From Patescibacteria group bacterium (GTDB lineage Bacteria; Patescibacteriota; Patescibacteriia; 2-01-FULL-39-33): DNA of 64,000 nucleotides. The translations under genes and the position numbers were made by a program. Location: assembly GCA_041649575.1 (NCBI GenBank), contig JBAZMW010000004.1, forward strand, positions 21,687 through 85,686, in the 5' to 3' direction. The notes beneath the pieces are model-generated. The model was given only the letters and a program-made list of their open reading frames with translations. It ran no database searches and was not told the DNA's origin. Shown here piece by piece: positions 43,402 through 53,862 of this stretch (position 1 is the first letter of the stretch; the number at the start of each line of letters is the position of its first letter).

Positions 43402-46302
43402 ATGACAAACAAAAAACAGAGGCTGGTTATCGTTGACAGCAATGCTCTGATTCATCGCGCTTTCCATGCCTTGCCACCACTCTCCAACAAAGAAGGCCAA
43501 TTGACCAATGCGGTCTATGGCTTCACTATGATTTTAATCAAAGCCATCAAAGACTTAAAACCAGATTATTTGGCTGCCTGCTTTGATTTAAAAGGCAAAA
43601 CTTTCCGCCACGAGGCCTATGATCAATACAAGGCCACCAGGATAAAACAGCCCGACGAACTCTACCAGCAAATTCCCATCGTCAAAGAGGTTTTAGAGGC
43701 TTTCAAAATTCCTGTTTTCGAAAAAGAGGGGCTGGAAGCCGACGATTTAATCGGCACCATCGCTCACTTAAAATCTGTTGACCGTCCGGACATCGAAACC
43801 ATTATCGTCACCGGCGACCAAGACACTCTGCAGCTTGTCGACTATAATACCAAGGTGCTAACGCCGCATAAAGGCATGAGCGAAACCATCCTTTATGGCG
43901 AGGATGAGGTAAAAGGAAAATTCGGCGGCCTGGAGCCCAAACAACTAATTGATTATAAAGGGCTACGTGGCGACGCCTCTGATAACATTCCAGGAGTCAG
44001 GGGTATTGGTGAAAAAGGAGCCATTGAACTTTTGCGAGAGTTTGGCAGCGTGGAGAATGTTTACAAAAACATTAAATCCAAAAAAATTAAAGAACGAACG
44101 CGCGAGCTGCTTTTGGCCAACAAAGACACGGCGCTATTATCGAAAAGGCTGGCGACCATAGTTTTGGACGCTCCGATAAAATTCGAATTGGAAAACTGCC
44201 GCTTTAGCGGCTTTGATAAAAATGCCGTGGTAGATATTTTTCAAAAATTAAACTTCAAACGACTACTGGCGCAACTAGCCACACTTTTAAAAAATGACCC
44301 TGCGACAACAATAGGGCAAGGAAATTTATTTTCCCAGATGTCATTCCGAGGAGTCCAGTCATTACACCGACTAGACGACGTTGGCCTGCCTGCCGGCAAG
44401 GCAGGGATCCCGTCTAATATTGAAAAAGATGGGATTGCCGCGGTCGCTCCGCTCCCTCGCAATGACAATAAAAAAATCGGCCGGCAAAATTATCAGTTGG
44501 TTGATGAGGAAAAAACCGCCAAAAAATTCTTAACTGAACTGAAAAGGCAGCGCGAGTTTTGTTTTGATACCGAAACCACCGGACTGGATCCTTTTCAGAA
44601 CAAACTACTGGGAATCAGTTTTTGTTGGCAGGAAGGCGAGGCTAGTTATTTGACAGTCAGGATTATTAAAAACAATCTTAAAGAGCTAAAAAAAATATTT
44701 GAGAACAAAAATGTAAAAAAAATCGGCCATAATCTAAAATATGATATTGAGATTTTGGAAAAAAGCGGCCTAAAGACCAATAGGCTTCACTTCGACACCA
44801 TGATCGCTTCCTATGTTTTGAACCCCGGCGGCCGCCAGCATAATTTAGACACGCTGGCTTTCGTTGAACTGGGATACCAAATGCAACCGATAGAGGAGTT
44901 GATCGGCAAGGGACGAGGCCAAATATCCATGGCCGAAGTGCCAATAGACAAAGTTTGTTGGTATTCTTGCGAAGATGCCGATCTGACTTTTAGACTGTAC
45001 CAGAAACTGAAGCAAGAGCTGGGTGAGCAAGGCACGGAGGGCCTGTTGGAAAACCTGGAAATGCCGCTGGTGGAGGTTTTGGCGACAATAGAAACTAACG
45101 GCGTTAAAATTAATGACAAAATTTTAAAAAAATTAAGTGATGATTTCGCCAAAAAAATTTCTGCCATAGAAAAAAATACCTGGAAGCTAGTTGGAGAAAA
45201 ATTCAATTTGGCCTCGCCGTTACAATTAAAACAAATACTGTTTAAAAAACTAAAAATTGACGGGGCTGGGCTGGCTAAAACAAAAACTGGCATTTCCACC
45301 GGCGCGGCAGAACTGGAAAAACTGGCTGCTTGGTTCAGAGAAAACAAGGCGGACGAAAAAAAACTCAAGGTTATAAATTTACTTCTTGAATTTCGCGAGT
45401 TATCAAAATTGAAATCAACTTATCTGGACGCCTTGCCGGCTCTAATAAATAAGGTTGACGGCCGGGTCCATACCAGCTTTAACCAAACCGTGACAGCCAC
45501 CGGTCGCCTATCGTCCAGCGAGCCAAACCTGCAAAATATTCCTATTCGCACAGAAACTGGCGGACCAATAAGACGCGCTTTCATCGCCGAGCGGGGCTAC
45601 AAAATAATGAAAGCCGACTATTCGCAAATCGAATTGCGTATTGTCGCCTCACTGGCCAATGACAAAAAAATGTTAAAAATTTTTGAGAGCGGCGGCGACA
45701 TTCATACCAGCACCGCGGCTTTTATCCACGGCATCAAACCCGAAGAGGTGACCAAAGAAATCAGGCGTACCGCCAAGGAAGTTAATTTTGGTGTCCTCTA
45801 TGGCATGGGTGCCTGGGGGCTCTCGCAACGCACCGGCATTTCCAACACGGAAGCGCAAAAATTTATCAGCAAATACTTTTCTACTTTTAAAGAAGTGAAA
45901 AAATGGCTGGATGAAACCATTGAGCTTGCCAAAGAACGCGGCTACGTGGAAACGCTTTACGGCCGCCGGCGCTACTTACCGGAAATCAATTCGGGCGTCA
46001 GCCAGGTACGCAGCGGCGCCGAACGCATGGCGGTCAACATGCCCATTCAGGGCACAGCCGCCGACTTAATAAAACTAGCGATGATCAAAATTCATAAAAA
46101 TTTGCCCCATATCAGCCCTAAAGCCAAAATAATCCTGCAGGTGCATGACGAGTTGGTTTTTGAGGTGCCGGAAAAAGACATTAAAAAAGTGGCAAAGTTT
46201 GTCAGGGAAAAAATGAGCTCGGTCATTAGGTTGCGCGCTCCGATTGAAGTAGAGGTCTCCGCCGGCGACAATTGGGGTGAGACCCGGGAAATAAATTTAT
46301 GA
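43402..46302 (+). CDS. polA: DNA polymerase I
   Basis: 5'-3' exo (LVIVDSNALIHRAFHA), 3'-5' exo and pol motifs A/B/C (DYSQIELRI, KEVNFGVLYG, QVHDELVFE); in-frame repeat insertion in the exo-exo linker. Confidence 0.9.
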   Translation: MTNKKQRLVIVDSNALIHRAFHALPPLSNKEGQLTNAVYGFTMILIKAIKDLKPDYLAACFDLKGKTFRHEAYDQYKATRIKQPDELYQQIPIVKEVLEAFKIPVFEKEGLEADDLIGTIAHLKSVDRPDIETIIVTGDQDTLQLVDYNTKVLTPHKGMSETILYGEDEVKGKFGGLEPKQLIDYKGLRGDASDNIPGVRGIGEKGAIELLREFGSVENVYKNIKSKKIKERTRELLLANKDTALLSKRLATIVLDAPIKFELENCRFSGFDKNAVVDIFQKLNFKRLLAQLATLLKNDPATTIGQGNLFSQMSFRGVQSLHRLDDVGLPAGKAGIPSNIEKDGIAAVAPLPRNDNKKIGRQNYQLVDEEKTAKKFLTELKRQREFCFDTETTGLDPFQNKLLGISFCWQEGEASYLTVRIIKNNLKELKKIFENKNVKKIGHNLKYDIEILEKSGLKTNRLHFDTMIASYVLNPGGRQHNLDTLAFVELGYQMQPIEELIGKGRGQISMAEVPIDKVCWYSCEDADLTFRLYQKLKQELGEQGTEGLLENLEMPLVEVLATIETNGVKINDKILKKLSDDFAKKISAIEKNTWKLVGEKFNLASPLQLKQILFKKLKIDGAGLAKTKTGISTGAAELEKLAAWFRENKADEKKLKVINLLLEFRELSKLKSTYLDALPALINKVDGRVHTSFNQTVTATGRLSSSEPNLQNIPIRTETGGPIRRAFIAERGYKIMKADYSQIELRIVASLANDKKMLKIFESGGDIHTSTAAFIHGIKPEEVTKEIRRTAKEVNFGVLYGMGAWGLSQRTGISNTEAQKFISKYFSTFKEVKKWLDETIELAKERGYVETLYGRRRYLPEINSGVSQVRSGAERMAVNMPIQGTAADLIKLAMIKIHKNLPHISPKAKIILQVHDELVFEVPEKDIKKVAKFVREKMSSVIRLRAPIEVEVSAGDNWGETREINL
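44340..44466 (+). mobile_element. MITE-like element inserted in frame in polA linker (effective about 126 bp)
   Basis: TIRs GTCATTCCGAGG ... CCCTCGCAATGACA; internal hairpin CCTGCCT/AGGCAGG; 3' half GGGATTGCCGCGGTCGCTCCGCTCCCTCGCAATGACA shared with the cca and intergenic copies. Confidence 0.65.
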
Positions 46303-47249
46303 TTTTCTTCCTCTATGGCACGGATCATTACCGCGTCAAAGAAAAACTGAAAGAATTAAAACAAGGTTTCACCCAAAAACGCGATGAGACCGGCTTGAAC
46401 GTAATCAATTTAAACGGCGAGAATTTAGAGGCCGATCAGCTGCGGCAAGAAGCGCTGGCCACGCCTTTTTTGGGCGAGAAAAAAATGATTATTGTCAAAA
46501 ACGTTTTAGCCAACAAAAAACAGGCCAGGGCTATAATTGAGTTTTTAAAAAATTATGAAGAAAAAATTGACAATATTCTTTGTTTTATCGACCTTTTAGA
46601 CGAAGTAAAATCAACGCGTCAGACAAAAGCCGAGAACGCCAACGCCTTATTTCAATATTTGACCAAACAAAAATTTCACTGGCAATTCAACCTCATGAAC
46701 AACCTGGAAGTCGAGCGCTGGCTAAAAAAATATTTAGAAGACAAAAAAATACTCATGGAAAAAACCGCCAGTCAGCAACTGGTTGCTGCTGTCGGCAATA
46801 ACCTGGATAGCCTAATTTTGGAGCTTGGCAAACTGGCCGCCTACAGAAATGGTCAAATCATCACCAACGCTGATATAAAAGAATTAGTCCGAGCCAAATT
46901 TGACGAAAATATTTTTAACCTGGTTGACGCCCTGGGACACAAAGACAAAAAGCTGGCCCTAAAACTAACTAGCAACCAGTTACGGAGCGGCAATTCCCCT
47001 CTGGCCATTTTTAATATGATGGCCAGGCAATTTAAAATCTTACTTCAGGTTAAAACGGAAAAGGCCACAGCCAACAGCTTAAAGCTCCATCCCTTTGTTT
47101 TTAAAAAGGCGCGGGATCAGTCGCAAAAATTTACAAAAAATCAACTGCTGAAAATTTATCAGGAACTGGTGGCGCTGGAAGCGCGGTTAAAATCCGGCAC
47201 CAAAAATCCCGAATTATTATTTGACCTGTTTATTATGAACATGCGCTGA
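46299..47249 (+). CDS. holA: DNA polymerase III delta subunit
   Basis: HolA N-terminal MIFFLYGTDHYRVKEKL and a clamp-loader fold; overlaps the polA stop by 4 nt. Confidence 0.7.
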   Translation: MIFFLYGTDHYRVKEKLKELKQGFTQKRDETGLNVINLNGENLEADQLRQEALATPFLGEKKMIIVKNVLANKKQARAIIEFLKNYEEKIDNILCFIDLLDEVKSTRQTKAENANALFQYLTKQKFHWQFNLMNNLEVERWLKKYLEDKKILMEKTASQQLVAAVGNNLDSLILELGKLAAYRNGQIITNADIKELVRAKFDENIFNLVDALGHKDKKLALKLTSNQLRSGNSPLAIFNMMARQFKILLQVKTEKATANSLKLHPFVFKKARDQSQKFTKNQLLKIYQELVALEARLKSGTKNPELLFDLFIMNMR

Positions 47250-47295
47250 TACAGATAATAATGATTACTTTAAAAGCCCCGTTAAGGGGCTTTTG

Positions 47296-47562
47296 TTATT
47301 TTAGCATTTTACTGAGTTTTTTCATTAACCTCGACTTCTTGCGAGCGCCGGTATTCTTTTTGATAATTTTTTGCTGCATTGCCTTGTCAATCGCCTTAAC
47401 GGCTGCTTTAATTTTTTGTACCGCCGAATCCTTTTCTTGTTTGAGGATAAATTTCTGCGATTTTTTAACTAAATCCCTGATTGCGGTTTTGGCCTTCAGA
47501 TTTCTGGCCAACTTTTTTTTGCTTTGGCGCAGGGCTTTAATAGCTGATTTTTTTATGGGCAT
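47296..47562 (-). CDS. rpsT: 30S ribosomal protein S20
   Basis: MPIKKSAIKALRQSKKK...NLKAKTA is the S20 signature. Confidence 0.85.
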   Translation of the reverse strand: MPIKKSAIKALRQSKKKLARNLKAKTAIRDLVKKSQKFILKQEKDSAVQKIKAAVKAIDKAMQQKIIKKNTGARKKSRLMKKLSKMLK

Positions 47563-47687
47563 AACAAAAAGATTTATTTTTTACGCAAACGGTTGACAAA
47601 TTGACTATAACACAAAAAATTTTTTTTGACAAGCGGCTTTTGTTTAAGCTAGAATTAATCAGTAATAACAAATAACTTGCCGCTTAT

Positions 47688-48146
47688 ATGTTCAAAGAAA
47701 ATCAGCCCGCCGGTGAAACCGAAACCGTTATTGGACCGTCGGTAAAAGTGGAGGGCGACTTTGTCACTGAAGGCAATGTCGTGGTTCAGGGAACGGTTTG
47801 CGGTACCATTAAAACCTCCAAGGACCTCAAAATCGGCTCTAAATCAAAAATTTTCGCCGATGTCAGCGCCGAAAACGCCCTAGTTGCCGGAGAAATTCAA
47901 GGGAATATCAGGATCGGCTCTAGATTAGAGCTCACTTCTACGGCCAAAGTCTTCGGCGACGTTAAAACCGAAACCCTGATTATGGCAAACGGCGCCATTT
48001 TAAATGGCAAGTGCCAAATGGGTAATGTCAAAGAGCGGTCTTCTCGACCCGACTTTACCAAGCAGGCGAAAATCGACCTAAAACCACAAACGACGGAGGA
48101 ACTGACGGAAAATTCAAACGAAGAAAACAAAAAAAAGAAAAAATAA
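47688..48146 (+). CDS. bactofilin family cytoskeletal protein
   Basis: Repetitive beta-helical G-x-I/V pattern (VEGDFVTEGNVVVQGTVCGTIK ... IFADVSAENALVAGEIQGNIRIG). Confidence 0.7.
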   Translation: MFKENQPAGETETVIGPSVKVEGDFVTEGNVVVQGTVCGTIKTSKDLKIGSKSKIFADVSAENALVAGEIQGNIRIGSRLELTSTAKVFGDVKTETLIMANGAILNGKCQMGNVKERSSRPDFTKQAKIDLKPQTTEELTENSNEENKKKKK

Positions 48147-48186
48147 ACAAAACCAACCGCCAATAAGCTGTTATTGGCATCTTTTT

Positions 48187-48930
48187 ATGTATTACTATCT
48201 CTATGATTCGCGCTTGGCTGAAAAAAAATATGGCAGCACTGTCGCTAAAATTGAAACCCGGCTAACGGATTTGGGCATTAATGGAAAAATAAACCATCTG
48301 TCTTTTCTAAAAAACATTCAGCAAGTGGTGGGCGAAGAGCTTAAAAGGGGCGTGAAAACAATTGTCATTGTCGGCGATGACAAAACTTTTGGACAAGTAA
48401 TAAACCTGATAGCCGACTTTAATGTGGTTGTCGGCTTTATACCTGTTGAGGGCAAAAACGACATTGCCAGGTTATTAGGCATACCTGAGGGTGAGAAGGC
48501 CTGCGACGTCTTGTCTTCTAGAATAATCAAAAAGATGGATCTTGGAGAAATTAATGGCTATTACTTTTTTACCTCCTTGGAGGTTATTAACCACCAGGTG
48601 GCCCTAGAGTGTGACAATAGTTATTTTATCAACTCTGAAAAAAAAGAATTGGCGATAAAAATTGCCAACCTGGACTGTTATCAAGAAGCGCCCACTCAGC
48701 CCGATGACAATAAATTGGATATTTTTTTAACCGGCCCTAAAAGCACTTTTTTTTGGAAAAAAAATACCGACCCGCCGACGCATCTAAAAGCCAAAAACAT
48801 AAGAATTACCAGCTTTAAATCAACACCCATCTTATTAAACGATGACGGCCGCATTATCAAAACTCCGGCCACCATCACCATCAGCCACAAAAAAATAAAA
48901 GTTATCGTAGGAAAAAATAGATTATTTTAA
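48187..48930 (+). CDS. diacylglycerol kinase catalytic-domain (YegS/LCB5-like) lipid kinase family protein, degenerate GGDGT motif
   Basis: IVIVGDDKTFGQVIN aligns to the DAGK_cat GGDGT region. Confidence 0.5.
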   Translation: MYYYLYDSRLAEKKYGSTVAKIETRLTDLGINGKINHLSFLKNIQQVVGEELKRGVKTIVIVGDDKTFGQVINLIADFNVVVGFIPVEGKNDIARLLGIPEGEKACDVLSSRIIKKMDLGEINGYYFFTSLEVINHQVALECDNSYFINSEKKELAIKIANLDCYQEAPTQPDDNKLDIFLTGPKSTFFWKKNTDPPTHLKAKNIRITSFKSTPILLNDDGRIIKTPATITISHKKIKVIVGKNRLF

Positions 48931-48969
48931 AAAAACGGCCTCTAAGGCCGTTTTTTTATTCTAAGAAGA

Positions 48970-49239
48970 TCAAGTGGCGACCGGTTCCCGAATAAACTTT
49001 TTTTGTTCAATTAAATTATCATCAACTATCATCACTTTTTCTCTTATCTCTATTACCCGACTACTATCGATGATTAAATCATGAACCAATAGCTTTTCAA
49101 CCAACTTGGGAGAAGAGACGATATATTTTTCCAATTGCTGGGTCTCACTGTTAAACTCAAAATCCTTTACCTGGCCTAATCTTTGACCACTTTCAGTCTC
49201 GACCTCCAGGCCAATTAGTTGTTTTTGATTAAGAAACAT
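48970..49239 (-). CDS. PRC-barrel domain protein (YlmC/YmxH-like)
   Basis: 89 aa with a GLEVETESGQRLGQVKDFEF PRC-barrel pattern. Confidence 0.55.
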   Translation of the reverse strand: MFLNQKQLIGLEVETESGQRLGQVKDFEFNSETQQLEKYIVSSPKLVEKLLVHDLIIDSSRVIEIREKVMIVDDNLIEQKKFIREPVAT

Positions 49240-49251
49240 CGATTTTAAAAA

Positions 49252-49995
49252 TCAACGCTTATCTAATATTTCTACGGCGGGCTGATCCTTCTTTTTTCTA
49301 AAAGTCACTAATTGCTGCAAAATTGTTAAAAGAGTAACTACCAGCCAGTAGAGAACTAGGCCGCTAGGCAAGGTAAAACCAATAATAAAAGTCATGATGG
49401 GCATAAAAATAACCATCTGTTTGTTCATAATAGCCAACGTACCCTCATCTTTACTACCAGTGGTTTTAACTTCCGGTTTATTGAAATTAAGCATTCGAGC
49501 TTGCCAGAATTGAGCCAGAGCGGCTAAAGCCGCCAGAATTACCTGTGGCTTGGATAAATCCAAAAAACCAAAAGCGATCGGGCTAAGTGTGCCGGGATTG
49601 GGAATAAAAGAATAAAGCTTGCTTAAACTGCCCTGGGCCAAACCAGTGTAAAAAACTTGATAAATGGCTATTAAAAAAGGAAATTGAATCAATAGGGGCA
49701 AGCAGGAAGAAAAGGGACTGACTTTTTCTGCCTTATAAAGCTTCATCATCTCTACGCCCATTTTTTCCCGTTGATCCTTGTATTGATTTTTCAGGGCGTT
49801 AATTTTTGGCTGAAGCTGTTGTAAGGCTTTCTGCGACTTCAAGGATTTGGCAGAAAAAGGATATAAAATCAATTTAATCAAAAAAGTTAATAAAATAATA
49901 GCCACTCCGATGTCATGACCGGGAATAAAATTATAAAACAACACCAATAGATTCAGCAGCGGCTGATAAAAAATAATATTAAATAATTGAATCAT
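49252..49995 (-). CDS. yidC: membrane protein insertase YidC (short form)
   Basis: Multi-TM; YidC/Oxa1 conserved helix hairpin (ILLTFLIKLILYPFS ... SKLYSFIPN ... QFWQ). Confidence 0.85.
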   Translation of the reverse strand: MIQLFNIIFYQPLLNLLVLFYNFIPGHDIGVAIILLTFLIKLILYPFSAKSLKSQKALQQLQPKINALKNQYKDQREKMGVEMMKLYKAEKVSPFSSCLPLLIQFPFLIAIYQVFYTGLAQGSLSKLYSFIPNPGTLSPIAFGFLDLSKPQVILAALAALAQFWQARMLNFNKPEVKTTGSKDEGTLAIMNKQMVIFMPIMTFIIGFTLPSGLVLYWLVVTLLTILQQLVTFRKKKDQPAVEILDKR

Positions 49996-50026
49996 AAATT
50001 AATTTTAGTCCGGCCTGGAAAAATTT

Positions 50027-50299
50027 TTATTTTACCTGGTCGAGGCCGCCTTTAGAAAATGGGTTGCAACGCAGCACCCGCCCCAAAGCCTTTAACCCCC
50101 CCTTAATAATTCCATATTTTTCTACCGCCTGATAGGCATACTCTGAACAGGTCGGCTGAAACTTACAGTAACCGCCCGGGTAAAAAATCCGTGGCCAGCC
50201 GTAGTCAAAAGAAAGGGTTTTTTGGTAGAGTCTGATTAATCTTAAAGCAAAAAAACGAAGAGAATAAGCCAGGTTGCGAATTGTTAAATTAATCGGCAT
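50027..50299 (-). CDS. yidD: membrane protein insertion efficiency factor YidD
   Basis: Conserved Cys pattern (PTCSEYA ... RCNPF). Confidence 0.8.
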   Translation of the reverse strand: MPINLTIRNLAYSLRFFALRLIRLYQKTLSFDYGWPRIFYPGGYCKFQPTCSEYAYQAVEKYGIIKGGLKALGRVLRCNPFSKGGLDQVK

Positions 50300-50622
50300 T
50301 TTTTAAAAACAGTTAGGAGCTCCGATTCTAAAAACTGTTGTTTTTGACCCAAGGCCAAAGGCGTAGCGCTAATAATTATATCAATATTTTGACTAAATTT
50401 AAATAAATTTTTTTTAACAATCTCCCTTAATCGTCTTTTGATTAAATTTCTTTGCGAGGCCTTTTTAGAGACTTTATTAGAAACGACTACCGCAAAACGA
50501 CAGAAATCTAAACCATTAGGCTTATAATAAATTGCCAAAAATCCACTGAAAGCCCTCTTACCGCTTCTAAAAATTTTAAGAAAATCGTTACGTTTGGTTA
50601 GACGATATTTTTTGGCCAACAT
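50284..50622 (-). CDS. rnpA: ribonuclease P protein component
   Basis: [16 protein letters not shown] ... [25 protein letters not shown] is the RnpA signature. Confidence 0.85.
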   Translation of the reverse strand: MLAKKYRLTKRNDFLKIFRSGKRAFSGFLAIYYKPNGLDFCRFAVVVSNKVSKKASQRNLIKRRLREIVKKNLFKFSQNIDIIISATPLALGQKQQFLESELLTVFKKCRLI

Positions 50623-50663
50623 AATAATAAAAAATTAGGTAATTATGGCCAAAACCGTGCCGA

Positions 50664-50792
50664 CTAGTTTGACCGACCTCGATTTTTTCTTCTTTTTAGG
50701 ACTTTTCTGCCATTTTTAGTCTGCATCCGATGACGAAAGCCGTGCTTTTTGACTCTTTTTCTCTTTTTTGGTTGGTAGGTTCTCTTGGGCAT
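50664..50792 (-). CDS. rpmH: 50S ribosomal protein L34
   Basis: Manual translation [42 protein letters not shown]; not in the ORF track (under 60 aa). Confidence 0.85.
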   Translation of the reverse strand: MPKRTYQPKKRKRVKKHGFRHRMQTKNGRKVLKRRKNRGRSN

Positions 50793-50799
50793 AAAACTT

Positions 50800-51004
50800 C
50801 AATTAATAACTCTTTGTATTATTTTTTGTCGCTTTCAAAAGAATAACATTTTTTTAATAACACGTCAATGAAAAGAAAAAATATTTATCAACATCTAATC
50901 AACATCTAATCAACACTTTTTGTTTTTTATTGACTATTTCTAATTTTGTTAACTTGTGCTAAAATTATAAAGACTTATTTTTACTCTTAATCCAACCCTC
51001 CATC
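50800..51004. promoter_or_regulatory. putative oriC / dnaA promoter region between rpmH and dnaA
   Basis: AT-rich; TTATCAACA (one mismatch from DnaA box TTATCCACA); tandem ATCTAATCAAC repeats; classic rnpA-rpmH-dnaA-dnaN synteny. Confidence 0.5.
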
Positions 51005-52396
51005 ATGATTCCCCAGCAACTCTGGCAAGCAGCGCTCGGCGAGCTAGAACTTTTATTATCAAAGGCTAATTTTACCACTTGGTTTAAAAACACGGGAATC
51101 TCTTCTGTTGAAGAAAACAAGGCAGTGATTTCTGTGCCCAACAGCTTTACTAAAGAATGGCTGGAAAAAAAGTACCATCAAACTATTCTTAAGGCCCTAA
51201 AAAACGTTACCGACAATAAAATCAAAGAGGTGGTTTACAAAATCGAGGCCGTAGCCCAACAACCAAGCTTTAATTCGGCCAGCCTGCTTAATAAAAACAT
51301 TACCCCAGATAACACCCCACCAGAAGCCACCAAAGAGAGCTACTTCAGTGATAAAATCCCGGAAACAACCAATAATTTTATTCTTAATCCCCGCTATACC
51401 TTTGCCACTTTCATTGTCGGCAAAAACAACGAACTGGCCCATGCGGCTTCGCTGGCGGTCGCCAAGAACCCGGGCCACGCCTATAACCCATTGTTTATTT
51501 ATGGCGGCGTGGGTCTAGGAAAAACCCACTTACTTCAAGCTATCGGTCATAAAATTTTAAACGATAATCCTAAAACCAAAGTTTTGTATGTTTCCTGCGA
51601 GAAATTTGCCAATGATTTTATTAATGCTATCCAAAACGGCAAGGCCGAAGAATTCAAACAAAAATACCGCTCTATTGATTTGTTGTTAATCGATGATATT
51701 CAATTCATTTCTGGCAAGGAACAGACCCAGGAAGCTTTTTTTCACACCTTTAACGAACTACACCAGCAAAACAAACAGGTGGTGATCTCCTCTGACCGGC
51801 CGCCCAAGGCTATCGCCACCCTGGAACATCGCTTGGTTTCACGTTTTGAGTGGGGAATGATTGCCGACATCTCCAGCCCGGATTTAGAAACAAAAATGGC
51901 CATTATCGAGGCTAAAGCCAAGGAAAAAAATTACTCTCTGGAGCCGGCAGCCACCAACTACTTGGCCAGCGTCATTCATAATAATGTCAGGGAATTAGAA
52001 GGTGCGTTAAACCGTATTATTGCCCACAGTCAACTACAAAATAAAAAGTTAACTCTTGAGGAAATCAAACAAATAACCGACTCCATTACCACCAACTCTC
52101 AAAAAAAATCAATGACCCCTAAGTATATCATTAATACTGTCGCCGAATACTTTGATATTGAAATAGCCGACATTCTCTCACCTTGCCGCAAAAAAAGCCT
52201 CACCGAGCCAAGACAAATAATTATGTATTTGATGCGCGAGGAAATGAAAGCCTCCTATCCGACAATTGGCCAGGAGCTCGGCGGTCGCGATCATACCACA
52301 GTCATCCACGCTTACGAAAAAATTGTCAAAAATTTAAAAACCGACGACAAATTAAGGCAGGACATTAATGTTTTAAAACAAAAACTATATAGTTGA
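51005..52396 (+). CDS. dnaA: chromosomal replication initiator protein DnaA
   Basis: AAA+ Walker A GGVGLGKTHL, box VII, and a C-terminal HTH (domain IV). Confidence 0.9.
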   Translation: MIPQQLWQAALGELELLLSKANFTTWFKNTGISSVEENKAVISVPNSFTKEWLEKKYHQTILKALKNVTDNKIKEVVYKIEAVAQQPSFNSASLLNKNITPDNTPPEATKESYFSDKIPETTNNFILNPRYTFATFIVGKNNELAHAASLAVAKNPGHAYNPLFIYGGVGLGKTHLLQAIGHKILNDNPKTKVLYVSCEKFANDFINAIQNGKAEEFKQKYRSIDLLLIDDIQFISGKEQTQEAFFHTFNELHQQNKQVVISSDRPPKAIATLEHRLVSRFEWGMIADISSPDLETKMAIIEAKAKEKNYSLEPAATNYLASVIHNNVRELEGALNRIIAHSQLQNKKLTLEEIKQITDSITTNSQKKSMTPKYIINTVAEYFDIEIADILSPCRKKSLTEPRQIIMYLMREEMKASYPTIGQELGGRDHTTVIHAYEKIVKNLKTDDKLRQDINVLKQKLYS

Positions 52397-52685
52397 TAAT
52401 TTGGGTAAAAATTCTTTATAAAAAGTAACTAACTTGGTGATAGTATTGTTTTAAAAAGTTAATAAACTTTAGATAAGTTAAAATAAAACTGGAAAAATTT
52501 TTTAAAACCATTTAATAAAATTCAAGTCACTAGTTTTAAACAGTTGGTTGTAATAATTATTCAGTGTTTATACCTAAAAAATTTATTTTAAATATTAAAA
52601 AAGGTATAGTTTCATAAATTTTTAATAACTTTCCACTTTTCCCCTGTCATTAATATAATTATTAATAATTATTTTATTAAACTAT

Positions 52686-53810
52686 ATGAAAATTTCTTGT
52701 ACCCAAGAAAATTTAAATCAAGGGTTGATGGTAGTTAGCCATATTGCCAATAAAAATTCTAATTTGCCAATTTTAGCTAACATTTTAATAAAAGTAGAAG
52801 ATAAAATTTTAACTTTCTCGGCAACTAATCTAGAAATTGGCATTATAGCTCAAGTAAGGGGTAAGGTGGAAAAAGAAGGCGACTTCACAGTGGATGCTAA
52901 ATTACTAGCCGACTATATTTCTTTATTACCAAAAGAAAGGGTGGACCTGGAGTTAGTAGAAGATAATTTAAAAATAGAGTGCCAAAAACAAAAAACAAAA
53001 ATTAAAGGATTAACAGCTAGTGATTTTCCTTTAATCCCTAAAATAAACAAAGAAAACCCCTATATTATTAGTGCTAAGAGTTTTAAAGAGGCAATCAGCC
53101 AGGTGACTTTTGCTGTTTCTAATTCAGAAACTAGGCCGGAAATTTCTGGGGTGTTTATAAAATTTACTAATAATACTGCTGTTTTTGCTGCTACTGACGG
53201 CTATCGGTTGGCGGAAAAAACAATTGACCTAATTGAGGGCGGCAAAGAAGAAAAGACAATAATCGTACCAGTCAGAACCCTACAGGAGATTTCCAGGGTG
53301 TTAGGAATTTTTAAAGAGGACGTGTCCCTAAAAGAAGTGGAAAATGTGGAGATTTATATTTCTAATAACCAGATAGTGTTTACTTATAATGGGGTGGAGT
53401 TAGTCTCCCGTTTAATTGAGGGAGAATATCCTAATTATTCCCAAATCGTACCCAATAACAGTAAGACACAAATTAAAACCAATATCAATTCTTTAATTAA
53501 AGCAGTTAAAACAGCCAGTCTCTTCACTAAGAGTGGTATTTATGATATTAAATTAGAATTTAAAAAGAATAATGAAATAATCATCACCTCCTCCTCTTCT
53601 CAAACAGGGGAAAATATTTCAACCCTGGAGGCGGCTGTTAGCGGCGAAGAAAATAGTATTGTTTTAAATTATCGGTATTTTTTGGATGGTTTACAAAATA
53701 TTAATACAGAAGAAATAATTATAGAAATAAATGACAGTAACAGCCCCTGTTTAATGAAGCCATCCGGATTGAGTGATTATTTTTATATTATCATGCCAAT
53801 AAAACAGTAG
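52686..53810 (+). CDS. dnaN: DNA polymerase III beta sliding clamp
   Basis: 374 aa; N-terminus MKISCTQENLNQGLMVVSHIA; three-domain clamp pattern. Confidence 0.85.
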   Translation: MKISCTQENLNQGLMVVSHIANKNSNLPILANILIKVEDKILTFSATNLEIGIIAQVRGKVEKEGDFTVDAKLLADYISLLPKERVDLELVEDNLKIECQKQKTKIKGLTASDFPLIPKINKENPYIISAKSFKEAISQVTFAVSNSETRPEISGVFIKFTNNTAVFAATDGYRLAEKTIDLIEGGKEEKTIIVPVRTLQEISRVLGIFKEDVSLKEVENVEIYISNNQIVFTYNGVELVSRLIEGEYPNYSQIVPNNSKTQIKTNINSLIKAVKTASLFTKSGIYDIKLEFKKNNEIIITSSSSQTGENISTLEAAVSGEENSIVLNYRYFLDGLQNINTEEIIIEINDSNSPCLMKPSGLSDYFYIIMPIKQ

Positions 53811-53862
53811 ACTGGCTAAATAAAAAGATCACCCCAGTTTGGGGTGATCTTTTTATTTAGCA

